Assembly: GCA_049591215.1 (NCBI GenBank)
Contig: JBAWEN010000229.1
Location: 1-35,019 of the forward strand
Direction: 5' to 3'
DNA from: Methylocystis sp.
GTDB taxonomy: Bacteria; Pseudomonadota; Alphaproteobacteria; Rhizobiales; Beijerinckiaceae
DNA length: 35,019 nucleotides
Shown: piece after piece, positions 18,184 through 27,702 of the stretch
Numbering within the stretch: the stretch's first letter is position 1
Layout of the letters: every line of letters starts with the position of its first letter
Made by a program: the position numbers and the translations under genes
The notes under the pieces: model-generated
What the model was told of the DNA's origin: nothing
Database searches by the model: none
What the model saw: only the letters and a program-made list of their open reading frames with translations

Positions 18184-18639
18184 TGGCTTGGGCTCAATCG
18201 TTTTGATCGATCGCCGGTGCTGACGACAACCGTCCGTGGCGAAAACGCTGCTCTGGGATTAACCGAGTTGAGGCGCTCCTCGGGCGCCGTTTGGATCGCT
18301 GGTCCCGCTGGAACCGAGGCGAGGTTATCGTCAGGGCGACGGATGTCGTCCTTTCGCTCTCGCCACCGCACGAACTTAGCGCCAGGAGCGCTCTTGCGAG
18401 CACGGTCTCGAAAATCCAGTTTGATGGGCCGCTCGCGACCATCGAATTGGCGCTTGAGGGCGGATGGGCGATTGTTCGCCACCGTGACCAGGGGTGCGTT
18501 AACCGAACTCGAGATCAAGCCTGGATCACATGTCTTTGCCTTGTTCAAGACCGCGGCTCTCGACGAGCGCGGCATTGGCGGCGTCCCGGCTCACGTTTCC
18601 GACACAGCGCCGCGGACCTCTCTTAACTTTATAAATTGA
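18184..18639 (+). pseudogene. modC: Remnant of the modC (molybdate ABC ATPase) C-terminal TOBE/Mop region with two frameshifts
   Basis: Joining frames gives ...LGLTELR..GAVWIAG.. / VIVRATDVVLSLSPPHELSARSALASTVSKIQFDGPLATIELAL / GRLFATVTRGALTELEIKPGSHVFALFKTAAL. No ATPase domain or modAB upstream. Confidence 0.75.
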
Positions 18640-19060
18640 CGAAGAGCGACTTTCAACGGAACGCCTTCGCTGAGAGCGCCGGGCGGTGACTATTGTTCTA
18701 TTCAATACTTTCAAGATAATGCATCTTTCGGTAATTTTTTGGCTTGACCGATCTACTTCGGCATGAAAATGTCACAGATGTATATCTACGAATCGTGTCT
18801 CCGGTTTTCGTGTGACTAAACGTCTGCTCACACTAAACATCTGGTCGCATAGTTAAAGAGCGCATCGCTCCTCCGACTGCTTGAACGCGCGTTTGTTTTG
18901 GGAAGCGGAAGCCTTACTCAAGCTTGCTCCAAGCTAATGGTCGAACGCTCCAAGTTGGCGGCGCTTCCGAGGCAAGAGCTAAATGTGCGTGCTGATGTTT
19001 CAATTACACTTGCTTGAGTAACGTTTCGTGAAGTGTCCGTAAACTCAGAGGAACCGGTTC

Positions 19061-20857
19061 ATGAATTTATGCGAGGATATACGGCAACAACAAGCTCCGG
19101 TCCCGAGGCATAATATTGGTTTGACGAGCTGTTCACGAAAGAAATATTCTGGCGAAAGCAAGGCTCTTGCGATCACGGCGGCGATCATCTTAATTTCTTG
19201 CGCCACGGCGTCCGGCGCGGACGATACGGCGGAGCAAATTCGGCTGTTGAAGGCGCGCCTGGATGCGACCGACGCGGAGGTTCGTTCCCTCAGGACCCAA
19301 CTGAAGAAATATGAGGGAAAGAGCCTAAAGACGGAACGGGAATTAAGGGAAGTCGGCAAGCGGACGCCAGCTAAAAAAGCGCAGTCCGCCGGCGCGCGAA
19401 GTGGAGGGTCCGATAAGGCCGTCACCACTCCGCCTCTGCCATTCTTCATCTCCGTATCCCGCGGCCTCAAAATCGAATCGGCCGACAAAACGACCAGCTT
19501 CAGGATTGGCGGGCGACTGTCCGTGGATGGCGGCGCCTCAAGCATGCCAGAGAGAGGTTACTCCAGCTTGGCTAACATCCGCCAGGCGCGTCTCGAAGTC
19601 GAAGGGAGGGTGTTCAGCTATTGGCAGTATAAGCTTCAATATGAATTCGCGGCGGGCAACACCGCGACAGTCGGCGCGCTTGGCGGAGTGAGAGACGCCT
19701 TTATCGCCTATACCTATTTCAATCCCATCATATTCCAGGTCGGGCAAATGTTCGAGCCGGTGGGCCTCGAGGCGTCGAAATCGATGAAATATACTGATTT
19801 CATGGAGAAATCCTTGCCGACCACGGCCTTTGGGCCGGGCCACCATGTCGGCGCCGCCGTGCTCGCGATGGGCGACAATTGGAGCGCCAAGGCCGGCGTT
19901 TTCAGCACCAGCACGCTGGACAACTCTCTGACGCCCGCGCAAGGAACGCAGGTTCCTTATTGGGTTCCCTCGCAAGCCGGGTGGGCGGCGACCGGCGGCA
20001 GCCAATATTTCGATATCGCGGGACGCGCGACTTACGCCCCGATCAAGGAAGAAGATCGCCTGCTGCATCTGGGCGTTTCGGGACGTTACCATCAAGCCAA
20101 CGACTCGACGGGAAACAACGACAACAGAGTCATGCTGCTAGGCAGCAACACCCAGGACGAATCCAACGTGCTAAAGGAGAACCTGCTCGGCACGCCCGAT
20201 CTCTCCTGCGGCCTAGTGGGGGTGCTCGGCAATCCGCCAGTCGCCGGCAAGTGCGTGCGCGATGTTCTCACCTATGGCGTGGAAGCCATGGGCTCATATG
20301 GTCCGGTTTCGGTTCAGGGCGAATATTTTGGTTCGCATTACGACCGCGACGCGGGATCTGTTTTGGAGGCCAGTTCGCTCGGCTATTACGCGCCGGGCGG
20401 CTCTTCGCTCGACTTCAACGGCTATTATGTTTACGGCACTTGGTATCTGACGGGCGAGTCGCGCGCGGCGGCCTATAAAGTCAACGCCCTCAATCCCGCC
20501 AATTTCGGACAGATCAAAATCCTTAATCCGCTAAGTAAGGGGGGGCTTGGCGCTTGGGAGCTTGGCCTGCGGTTTAGCGCGCTCAATCTCAACAACGGTC
20601 CCTACACGGGAACCAATTTCGTCAACCTGATCGCCCTGGCGCCCAACCAGGCGACGAAGAGTTACGTGGCGAATTCCAGTGTTCTCGGAGGGCGCGAAGA
20701 GGATATGACCCTTGGCATGAATTGGTATCCCGAAGTGGGATTTCGGGTCATGGCCAATTGGACGAGATCGATGCTGGTCAGCGCGCCCTGGAATCGCGCT
20801 TATCTCAACGGCGCCCATCCGAATACATTCTTGGTGCGAACCCAAGTTGACTGGTGA
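19061..20857 (+). CDS. OprO/OprP family anion-selective porin
   Basis: Signal-like hydrophobic segment and coiled-coil, then FRIGGRL, IRQARL, YKLQYEFA, SVQGEY, GYYVYGTWYLTGESR, GAWELGLRFS, TLGMNWY and a C-terminal aromatic residue (RTQVDW). Confidence 0.9.
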   Translation: MNLCEDIRQQQAPVPRHNIGLTSCSRKKYSGESKALAITAAIILISCATASGADDTAEQIRLLKARLDATDAEVRSLRTQLKKYEGKSLKTERELREVGKRTPAKKAQSAGARSGGSDKAVTTPPLPFFISVSRGLKIESADKTTSFRIGGRLSVDGGASSMPERGYSSLANIRQARLEVEGRVFSYWQYKLQYEFAAGNTATVGALGGVRDAFIAYTYFNPIIFQVGQMFEPVGLEASKSMKYTDFMEKSLPTTAFGPGHHVGAAVLAMGDNWSAKAGVFSTSTLDNSLTPAQGTQVPYWVPSQAGWAATGGSQYFDIAGRATYAPIKEEDRLLHLGVSGRYHQANDSTGNNDNRVMLLGSNTQDESNVLKENLLGTPDLSCGLVGVLGNPPVAGKCVRDVLTYGVEAMGSYGPVSVQGEYFGSHYDRDAGSVLEASSLGYYAPGGSSLDFNGYYVYGTWYLTGESRAAAYKVNALNPANFGQIKILNPLSKGGLGAWELGLRFSALNLNNGPYTGTNFVNLIALAPNQATKSYVANSSVLGGREEDMTLGMNWYPEVGFRVMANWTRSMLVSAPWNRAYLNGAHPNTFLVRTQVDW

Positions 20858-20942
20858 GATGATAGACCTAGATCAAATGCCGGCGAACTTGCGAAAATCG
20901 AATAGTTAGCAGGCTTGGAGAAGCTTGTAAGGGGGACATCAC

Positions 20943-21257
20943 GTGCGGAAAAGATATTTCGCGGCAGGCATCCTTTTGGGGGTCTTAAGCGGTTCGGCCA
21001 TGGCGGAGCCGGTCGTGGCCGCGAACGAGGCAGATGGCGACCGGGCGGCTGTAGCGCAATCGCCACATCATCGTCGCCATAAGTATTCGAGCCATCATAG
21101 CCATGCATGGAGGGCCGGGCGCGAGGGCGGCGCGGCTCGTCCACCTGTCGCCGCCCGATCCCAGCGGAGCGAGCCGCCTGCGCCTCCCGCTCCTGTCTCG
21201 CCCGCGGAAAACCAACCCCCGCCTCCTGGGCCCGGTGAAGTTGACTTTGGCGACTGA
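20943..21257 (+). CDS. Small secreted His/Pro-rich hypothetical protein
   Basis: GGGGG RBS-like run before the GTG; signal peptide ending AMA|E; HHRRHKYSSHHSH segment and a Pro-rich tail. Confidence 0.6.
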   Translation: MRKRYFAAGILLGVLSGSAMAEPVVAANEADGDRAAVAQSPHHRRHKYSSHHSHAWRAGREGGAARPPVAARSQRSEPPAPPAPVSPAENQPPPPGPGEVDFGD

Positions 21258-21307
21258 CTTTTCATTTGTTTTTGCATTCTTGGAGTCTCTGTCACCAAAA
21301 AAGCCTG

Positions 21308-22210
21308 CTAATCAATGATTTTCAGATCCTTTAGAGCTGAAGCGATCGCGCAAGCTGTTTGGCGGCTTACGGAAATGAGCGGCAGTCTCATTGTCGGACT
21401 AAACCAGGGATGCGCCAATGAGAGAGCGTATTTGACTGGAGCTGGATTCGTCTCCGATTGAAGCGCCGCCACCAGCGGCTTCAACCGTGTCTGAATTGAC
21501 TTCGCGCGGTTCCAATCTCCCACTGCGCATGCTTGCTGCATGTCGGCCCACAACCTCGGAACGACATTGGCCACGACTGACACCGAGCATGTCCCGCCGG
21601 CCATCCGGAACAAAAGGCTGGCGGAATCGTCCCCCGACCACCGGATGAAATTCGAGGCCGACGAGAGCGAATGAACCGAGAAGCGAGAGAGATCGCAAGT
21701 CACGTCTTCAATGCCCACGATATTTGGCGTCGCCGCCAGCTTTGCCAGCGTTTCCAGGCGAATTTCCACGCAAGTCCTCGACGGATCGTTTTCGAGGATG
21801 AGAGGAATGCCGACCGCGCTGGCGATTTCGCGAAAATGCCGATAAAGCCCTTCCTGATTGGGCTTGTTGTAATAGGGCGTCACGATGAGAGCCGCCGTCG
21901 CCCCGGCTGCCTCCGCCGCCTGCGTCAGCGCGATGGTCTCTCGCGTGCAGTTCGTTCCGGTCGCCGCGACAATCGGAACGCGGCGCGACGCTGTTTCGAC
22001 CGCTATCTCGATCAGGCGTCGCCGTTCTTGCGGAAAAAGCGTCGGCGCCTCCCCCGTGACGCCGCCAATGACCAGGCCTTCGCTTCCCTGCTCGATTTGC
22101 CAGGCGACGAGGTCGGCGAACGCCTTCTCGGCGATGGCGTCATGTTCGAAAGGCGTCGCCAGCGCGGTCAGCGACCCGGGGAAACTCAGCGGCCTCTTGG
22201 AGGAGGGCAT
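21308..22210 (-). CDS. DapA/DHDPS-family protein with substituted catalytic residues
   Basis: TALATPF, GGVTGEAPTL, VTPYYNKPNQEGLYRHF, SVVANVVP, ETNPAPVK, MRLPL. The Schiff-base Lys position reads IVGIED and the catalytic Tyr position reads ILENDP. Confidence 0.88.
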   Translation of the reverse strand: MPSSKRPLSFPGSLTALATPFEHDAIAEKAFADLVAWQIEQGSEGLVIGGVTGEAPTLFPQERRRLIEIAVETASRRVPIVAATGTNCTRETIALTQAAEAAGATAALIVTPYYNKPNQEGLYRHFREIASAVGIPLILENDPSRTCVEIRLETLAKLAATPNIVGIEDVTCDLSRFSVHSLSSASNFIRWSGDDSASLLFRMAGGTCSVSVVANVVPRLWADMQQACAVGDWNRAKSIQTRLKPLVAALQSETNPAPVKYALSLAHPWFSPTMRLPLISVSRQTACAIASALKDLKIID

Positions 22211-22316
22211 CTCGGTTGTGTCCGCCGCCGGCCAATGCGAACTCCTGGCGGGGGAGCGGGACGGCCAATCGGATCGCGTCCGTGACGGAGCGATTGATGA
22301 AGGCATTTGCAATGAA

Positions 22317-22550
22317 CTACCTCCAAAGCCTCAACGGTTCATTCGAACACCGCACGGCGTCCGCCCGTTGGCCCGACTCGAAAGCCGCGTAGTTCAAAGC
22401 GGCTTGCCGATTGACGAAAATTCCTCCTCCGCGGCCATGGCGCTCCACGACAATCCAACGGCCCGTTTCATCCTGCCCAACAATGAATTGCAAACCTGTA
22501 TCCCAGCTGTGAGTTTTCCGAGCTTCGCCGACATTCGAGGAAATGGACAT
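22317..22550 (-). CDS. Small hypothetical protein (77 aa)
   Basis: MSISSNVG...FIVGQDETGRWIVVERHGRGGGIFVNRQAALNYA...; compact beta-rich pattern, same strand as and directly upstream of the DapA-like gene. Confidence 0.7.
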   Translation of the reverse strand: MSISSNVGEARKTHSWDTGLQFIVGQDETGRWIVVERHGRGGGIFVNRQAALNYAAFESGQRADAVRCSNEPLRLWR

Positions 22551-22966
22551 TTTCACGCCTGTGGTGACGCGATCCGGAGCGTGGACTGCGGCGAGGGTGT
22601 ACCGCCGAAGGGCGTAAGGGCGCGATGAGGAAAAAGCGTGGCGACATAAAATTCTCGTAAGCCCGTTCGGGCGTTCGTCGATATCTACATCATTGAATTT
22701 ACGTGGAAAATTAACAATGCGAGGCTTTTCCGTCACAACAAGCGCCCGGTGTCCGTAAGACAATTTGCTTAAATGTCGCCGCCTCAATTCGCGTGAACGG
22801 CCGGCGTGATTGGACGCTCGAATGGTCGCGCCGCGCACGAGCAGGAATTAGAGTTCGCTACTCGCAAGCAATCCTCCGCGACGACGAAAGCTTCACCGCG
22901 GCCCGCGCATTCCACCATGATTTCTCGACGGCGTTCAATCTTACCGCGTGACAACGTGGCGCTCGC

Positions 22967-23017
22967 CTTTATGAATTCCTTATAGGGCGACGCCAAACTC
23001 GGAATGGCGCCCTTATG
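22967..23017 (+). promoter_or_regulatory. Putative KdpE (OmpR-family) direct-repeat site upstream of the kdp operon
   Basis: CTTTATG (22967), CCTTATA (22978) and CCTTATG (23011) are all in 11-bp phase, resembling the TTTATA/TTTACA repeats bound by E. coli KdpE. Confidence 0.5.
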
Positions 23018-23064
23018 GCGATTGCTTTTATATCCCTTTCGCGGTCGCGCAACAGGAGTCAATC

Positions 23065-23148
23065 ATGCCCGATTTCATTTACGTCGGTCTCGGGGTTTTC
23101 TTATTTGTGCTGGTCGGCGCCTATGCGCGCGCCTGCGCAAATCTTTGA
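23065..23148 (+). CDS. 27-aa hydrophobic peptide preceding kdpF (not in the ORF track)
   Basis: MPDFIYVGLGVFLFVLVGAYARACANL*, with AGGAG RBS; single TM helix; stop 12 bp before the kdpF ATG. Confidence 0.75.
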   Translation: MPDFIYVGLGVFLFVLVGAYARACANL

Positions 23149-23160
23149 GGGGAGCGCTCC

Positions 23161-23247
23161 ATGTATGAGCCCGTCATCGGCCTCTGCGTCGCCTTGGTGC
23201 TTGGCGTCTATCTCGTCTACACGCTCCTTCACCCCGAAAAGTTCTAA
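23161..23247 (+). CDS. kdpF: K+-transporting ATPase subunit F (28 aa, not in the ORF track)
   Basis: MYEPVIGLCVALVLGVYLVYTLLHPEKF*, with the KdpF signature YLxYxLxxPExF; GGGGAG RBS; directly before kdpA. Confidence 0.93.
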   Translation: MYEPVIGLCVALVLGVYLVYTLLHPEKF

Positions 23248-23277
23248 AAGTCGGTCCGGGTTCAACGAGGTGACATC

Positions 23278-24987
23278 ATGACTATCGTTGGTTGGGCGCA
23301 AATCGTCCTCGTGCTTGCGGCCGTGATCCTCGCCGCTGTTCCGCTCGGCGCCTATATCGCGCATGTGCTCGCGGGCGAGCGTACGATCTTCTCGCGCGTT
23401 CTTATTCCGGTCGAGCGCGTGTTCTACAAACTCTCCGGCGTCGATCCGGCGCGCGAACAGAGCTGGTTCGTCTATGCGACCGCCATGCTCGCTTTCAGCC
23501 TTGTCGGCTTTCTATCGCTCTACGCGATGCAGCGGCTGCAAAATGTTCTGCCGCTCAATCCGCAAGGCTTCGATTCGGTTCCGGCGGATCTCGCCTTCAA
23601 CACGTCTATGAGCTTCATCACCAACACCAACTGGCAGAACTACAGCGGCGAGACGACAATGAGTCATCTCGTTCAGATGCTTGGGCTCACGGTTCACAAC
23701 TTCGTCTCCGCGGCGACTGGTCTCGCCATGGCTTTTGCGCTCGTGCGTGGCTTCGCTCGCGCGGAATCTCCGACCGTCGGCAATTTCTGGGTCGATCTGA
23801 CGCGCGCGACGCTTTACGTATTGCTGCCGTTGGCGATCATTGTCGCTCTTGCGCTCGTTGCGCTCGGAACGCCGCAGACGCTCGCCGGCTCCTTCGAGGC
23901 GACGACGCTTGAGGGAGTCAAGCAGGTGGTCTCTATTGGCCCGGTGGCGAGCCAGGAGGCGATCAAGGAGCTCGGCACCAATGGCGGCGGCTTTTTCAAC
24001 GCCAATGCCGCGCATCCTTATGAGAACCCCAACGCCTTCACCAATATGCTCGAGATTTGGGCCATCCTCGTCATTCCCTTCGCTTCCGTCTTTGCGTTCG
24101 GGCGTGCGGTCCTCGATTTTCGGCAGGGACGGGCCATCGCCATCGCCATGGGCATCGTGCTGGTCACGGGCGTCGCGGTCGCCTATTGGGCCGAGTCAAG
24201 CGGCAATCCGTTGCTGACGGCGATCGGCGTCGACGCGGCTGGCGGCAACATGGAGGGCAAAGAGGTGCGCTTTGGTCCCGCCATGAGCGCGCTTTATGCG
24301 ACGGCGACGACTGGCACCAGCACCGGCTCCGTCAATTCGATGCATGACTCATTCACGCCGCTCGGCGGACTCGTGCCTCTGTTCAACATGCTGCTCGGCT
24401 GCATCTCGCCCGGCGGCGTTGGCGCTGGCCTTTATGGCTTCCTCGTGCTCGCCGTCGTAGCCGTCTTCGTCGCCGGCCTGATGGTTGGACGCACGCCGGA
24501 ATATCTCGGCAAAAAGATCGAAACTCGCGAAATGAAACTCGCGATGCTGGCGGTGCTGATCTATCCGATCACCGTGCTCGGCTTCTCCGCCGCGTCGGTC
24601 ATGGTGAAATCCGCGCTCGACAGCCTGGGCAACGCCGGACCGCATGGCCTCACCGAGATTCTTTACGCCTTCGCGTCGACCAACGCGAATAACGGCTCGG
24701 CCTTCGCGGGCCTCAGCGGCAATACGCCCTGGTTCAACACCACGCTCGGCCTCGCGATGTTCCTCGGGCGCTTCGCCTACGTGATTCCGGTGCTGGCGTT
24801 GGCGGGTTCTTTCGCCAAGAAGAAAAAGGCGCCCGCGTCGGCCGGCACCTTCCCGACCGATGGCCCCTTGTTCGTCGGCCTGCTGCTCGGCGTCATCGTC
24901 ATCCTGTACCTGCTCCAATACTTCCCGGCTCTCGCGTTGGGCCCCGTTGTCGAGCACTTCCTGATGCAAGCGGGCAAAACCTTCTGA
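23278..24987 (+). CDS. kdpA: K+-transporting ATPase subunit A
   Basis: [52 protein letters not shown]. Confidence 0.98.
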   Translation: MTIVGWAQIVLVLAAVILAAVPLGAYIAHVLAGERTIFSRVLIPVERVFYKLSGVDPAREQSWFVYATAMLAFSLVGFLSLYAMQRLQNVLPLNPQGFDSVPADLAFNTSMSFITNTNWQNYSGETTMSHLVQMLGLTVHNFVSAATGLAMAFALVRGFARAESPTVGNFWVDLTRATLYVLLPLAIIVALALVALGTPQTLAGSFEATTLEGVKQVVSIGPVASQEAIKELGTNGGGFFNANAAHPYENPNAFTNMLEIWAILVIPFASVFAFGRAVLDFRQGRAIAIAMGIVLVTGVAVAYWAESSGNPLLTAIGVDAAGGNMEGKEVRFGPAMSALYATATTGTSTGSVNSMHDSFTPLGGLVPLFNMLLGCISPGGVGAGLYGFLVLAVVAVFVAGLMVGRTPEYLGKKIETREMKLAMLAVLIYPITVLGFSAASVMVKSALDSLGNAGPHGLTEILYAFASTNANNGSAFAGLSGNTPWFNTTLGLAMFLGRFAYVIPVLALAGSFAKKKKAPASAGTFPTDGPLFVGLLLGVIVILYLLQYFPALALGPVVEHFLMQAGKTF

Positions 24988-25001
24988 GCGGAGTTTCTTC
25001 C

Positions 25002-27062
25002 ATGTCCCACAAAGTCGTCGCTCCCAGCCTGTTCGATCCGGCCATCATCAGGCGCGCCTCCGTTGACGCGTTCCGTAAACTCGATCCACGCAAGCTTGCC
25101 CGGAACCCGGTGATTTTCGTGACCGAGGCTGTCTCGGCGGTCGTGACGATCTTTTTTGTCCGCGATCTGATCACGCACAACGGCGTCGCGCTGTTCTCGG
25201 GTCAGATCGCCGCGTGGCTGTGGTTTACGGTGCTGTTCGCCAACTTCGCGGAAGCCGTCGCGGAAGGACGCGGCAAGGCGCAGGCCGACGCTCTTCGCAG
25301 GACGCGAAGCGACACGCATGCGAAGCGGCTGATCGATCCCGAAGGCAAGAGCGGGATGAAGAGCGTCGTCGAGGGCGTCTCCGCGCTCGATCTGAGGCTC
25401 GGGGACATCGTTCTCGTCGAGGCTGGCGATCTCATTCCTGGCGACGGCGAAATCGTCGAGGGCGTGGCTTCGGTCAATGAGTCGGCGATTACCGGCGAAT
25501 CCGCTCCCGTCATTCGCGAAGCCGGCGGCGACCGCTCGGCGGTGACGGGAGGAACAACGGTTCTTTCCGATTGGATCAAGGTGAAGATCACCGCGGCGCC
25601 CGGCTCGACCTTCATCGATCGCATGATCGCGCTGGTCGAAGGCGCGGAGCGTCAGAAAACACCAAACGAACTCGCGTTGTCGATTCTGTTGTCGGGATTG
25701 ACCATTATCTTCCTCATCGTTTGCGTGACGCTCTGGTCGCTCGCCGGCTATTCGGGAACTGTTCTCTCGGTGACGGTGCTGATCGCGCTGCTCGTTTGCC
25801 TAATTCCAACGACGATCGGGGGATTGCTGTCGGCGATCGGCATCGCCGGCATGGATCGACTGATCCGCTTCAACGTCATCGCCACTTCTGGCCGGGCGGT
25901 CGAGGCGGCGGGCGACGTGGACACGTTGCTGCTCGACAAGACCGGCACCATCACTTTCGGCAACCGCATGGCCGATGAGTTCATTCCGATCGCCAACGTA
26001 TCGGAGCACGCTCTGGCGGAAGCCGTCATGCTCGCCTCGCTAGCCGATGAGACGCCGGAAGGGCGTTCGATCGTGTCTCTCGCGATAAGCCGCTACGGCC
26101 TGACGGCGCCAGGCATGGGAGCCGATGCGCGGATTGTGCCTTTCTCCGCTCATACAAGGATTTCGGGCGTCGATCTTCCGGGACGCGCTCTGCGTAAAGG
26201 CGCGGTCGATTCCATCCTGGGGCAGGCGGGGCCGGCCGGGGGCCAGGGGCCGGAGGATTTTAAGCGAACAGTCGATCGCGTGTCCCGCTCGGGCGGCACG
26301 CCGCTCGCGGTATCCGAGAATGGACAATTGCTCGGCGTCGTTCATCTCAAGGACATCGTTAAGCCGGATATCAAGGACCGGTTCGCGGCGTTGCGCGCCA
26401 TGGGCATTAAGACGGTCATGGTGACGGGCGACAATCCGATCACGGCCGCGGCCATCGCCGGCGAGGCGGGCGTCGACGACTTCATCGCGCAGGCGACGCC
26501 CGAGGACAAGCTGAAATATATCCGCAAGGAGCAGCAAGGCGGGCGACTCATCGCGATGTGCGGCGACGGGACCAACGATGCGCCCGCGCTGGCGCAAGCT
26601 GATGTTGGGGTCGCCATGCAGACCGGCACGCAGGCGGCGCGCGAGGCTGGCAATATGGTCGACCTCGACTCGGATCCAACGAAGCTCATCGAGATCGTCG
26701 CCATCGGCAAGCAACTGCTGATGACGCGCGGATCGCTGACTACTTTCTCCATCGCCAACGACGTCGCGAAATATTTCGCGATCATTCCGGCTCTGTTCGT
26801 CATCACCTACCCGGAATTGGAAGCGATCAATGTCATGAAGCTCGCGTCGCCTCAATCGGCGATTCTGTCCGCCGTCATCTTCAATGCGTTGGTCATCATC
26901 GCGCTGATCCCGCTGGCGCTGAGGGGCGTCGAGTATCGTCCCGTCGGCGCCGCCGCCCTGTTACGCCGCAATCTGCTGATCTATGGCCTGGGCGGCATCG
27001 TCGCGCCGTTCGTCGCCATCAAGTTCATCGACCTCATCGTCTCGGCTTTGCATCTGGCTTGA
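25002..27062 (+). CDS. kdpB: K+-transporting ATPase subunit B (P-type ATPase)
   Basis: TGES, CLIPTT, DKTGT phosphorylation site, [16 protein letters not shown]. Confidence 0.98.
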   Translation: MSHKVVAPSLFDPAIIRRASVDAFRKLDPRKLARNPVIFVTEAVSAVVTIFFVRDLITHNGVALFSGQIAAWLWFTVLFANFAEAVAEGRGKAQADALRRTRSDTHAKRLIDPEGKSGMKSVVEGVSALDLRLGDIVLVEAGDLIPGDGEIVEGVASVNESAITGESAPVIREAGGDRSAVTGGTTVLSDWIKVKITAAPGSTFIDRMIALVEGAERQKTPNELALSILLSGLTIIFLIVCVTLWSLAGYSGTVLSVTVLIALLVCLIPTTIGGLLSAIGIAGMDRLIRFNVIATSGRAVEAAGDVDTLLLDKTGTITFGNRMADEFIPIANVSEHALAEAVMLASLADETPEGRSIVSLAISRYGLTAPGMGADARIVPFSAHTRISGVDLPGRALRKGAVDSILGQAGPAGGQGPEDFKRTVDRVSRSGGTPLAVSENGQLLGVVHLKDIVKPDIKDRFAALRAMGIKTVMVTGDNPITAAAIAGEAGVDDFIAQATPEDKLKYIRKEQQGGRLIAMCGDGTNDAPALAQADVGVAMQTGTQAAREAGNMVDLDSDPTKLIEIVAIGKQLLMTRGSLTTFSIANDVAKYFAIIPALFVITYPELEAINVMKLASPQSAILSAVIFNALVIIALIPLALRGVEYRPVGAAALLRRNLLIYGLGGIVAPFVAIKFIDLIVSALHLA

Positions 27063-27072
27063 GGAGTCCAAA

Positions 27073-27702
27073 ATGTTGGCCCAATTGCGTCCCGCGATCG
27101 TGATGATCGTCCTGTTCACCGCCTTGACCGGCCTGGCCTATCCCCTGGCGATCACTGGCGTCGCTCAGCTCGCGCTTTCAAACCAGGCCAATGGCGGCGT
27201 GATCGAACGCGGCGGCGAGATTATCGGCTCGACCCTGATCGGTCAGAACTTCACCTCGGACCGTTATTTTCACGGCCGCCCCTCGGCGACCAGCGCGCCC
27301 GACCCCACTGATTCAACTAAAACGGTCGACGCCCCCTATAACGCCGCGAATTCCTCCGGTTCCAATCTGGGCCCGACGTCGCGAAAGCTTGTCGATCGCG
27401 TGAATAGCGCCATTGAAACCGAGTTCGCCGCTGGACGAATTGACTTGGTGGCGGCTGATGCTGTCACGACCTCCAGCTCCGGCCTCGATCCGCATATTTC
27501 GCCGCAATTCGCTCTGGCGCAGGTTCCGGCGGTCGCCCGGGCGGGCGGCCTGAACGAGAGTCGTGTGCGCGCGTTGGTGGAGGAACACACCGAACAGCGC
27601 TTTATCGGATTGATTGGCGAGCCACGCGTCAATGTCCTCGAACTCAACCTGGCGCTGGACGCGTCACGCCCGGAGATCATCTCCAGTAGGCGCCACAATT
27701 GA
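27073..27702 (+). CDS. kdpC: K+-transporting ATPase subunit C
   Basis: GAGGAG RBS; N-terminal TM; IGQNF, YFHGRPSA, SSGLDPHIS, GEPRVNVLELNLALD. Confidence 0.97.
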   Translation: MLAQLRPAIVMIVLFTALTGLAYPLAITGVAQLALSNQANGGVIERGGEIIGSTLIGQNFTSDRYFHGRPSATSAPDPTDSTKTVDAPYNAANSSGSNLGPTSRKLVDRVNSAIETEFAAGRIDLVAADAVTTSSSGLDPHISPQFALAQVPAVARAGGLNESRVRALVEEHTEQRFIGLIGEPRVNVLELNLALDASRPEIISSRRHN

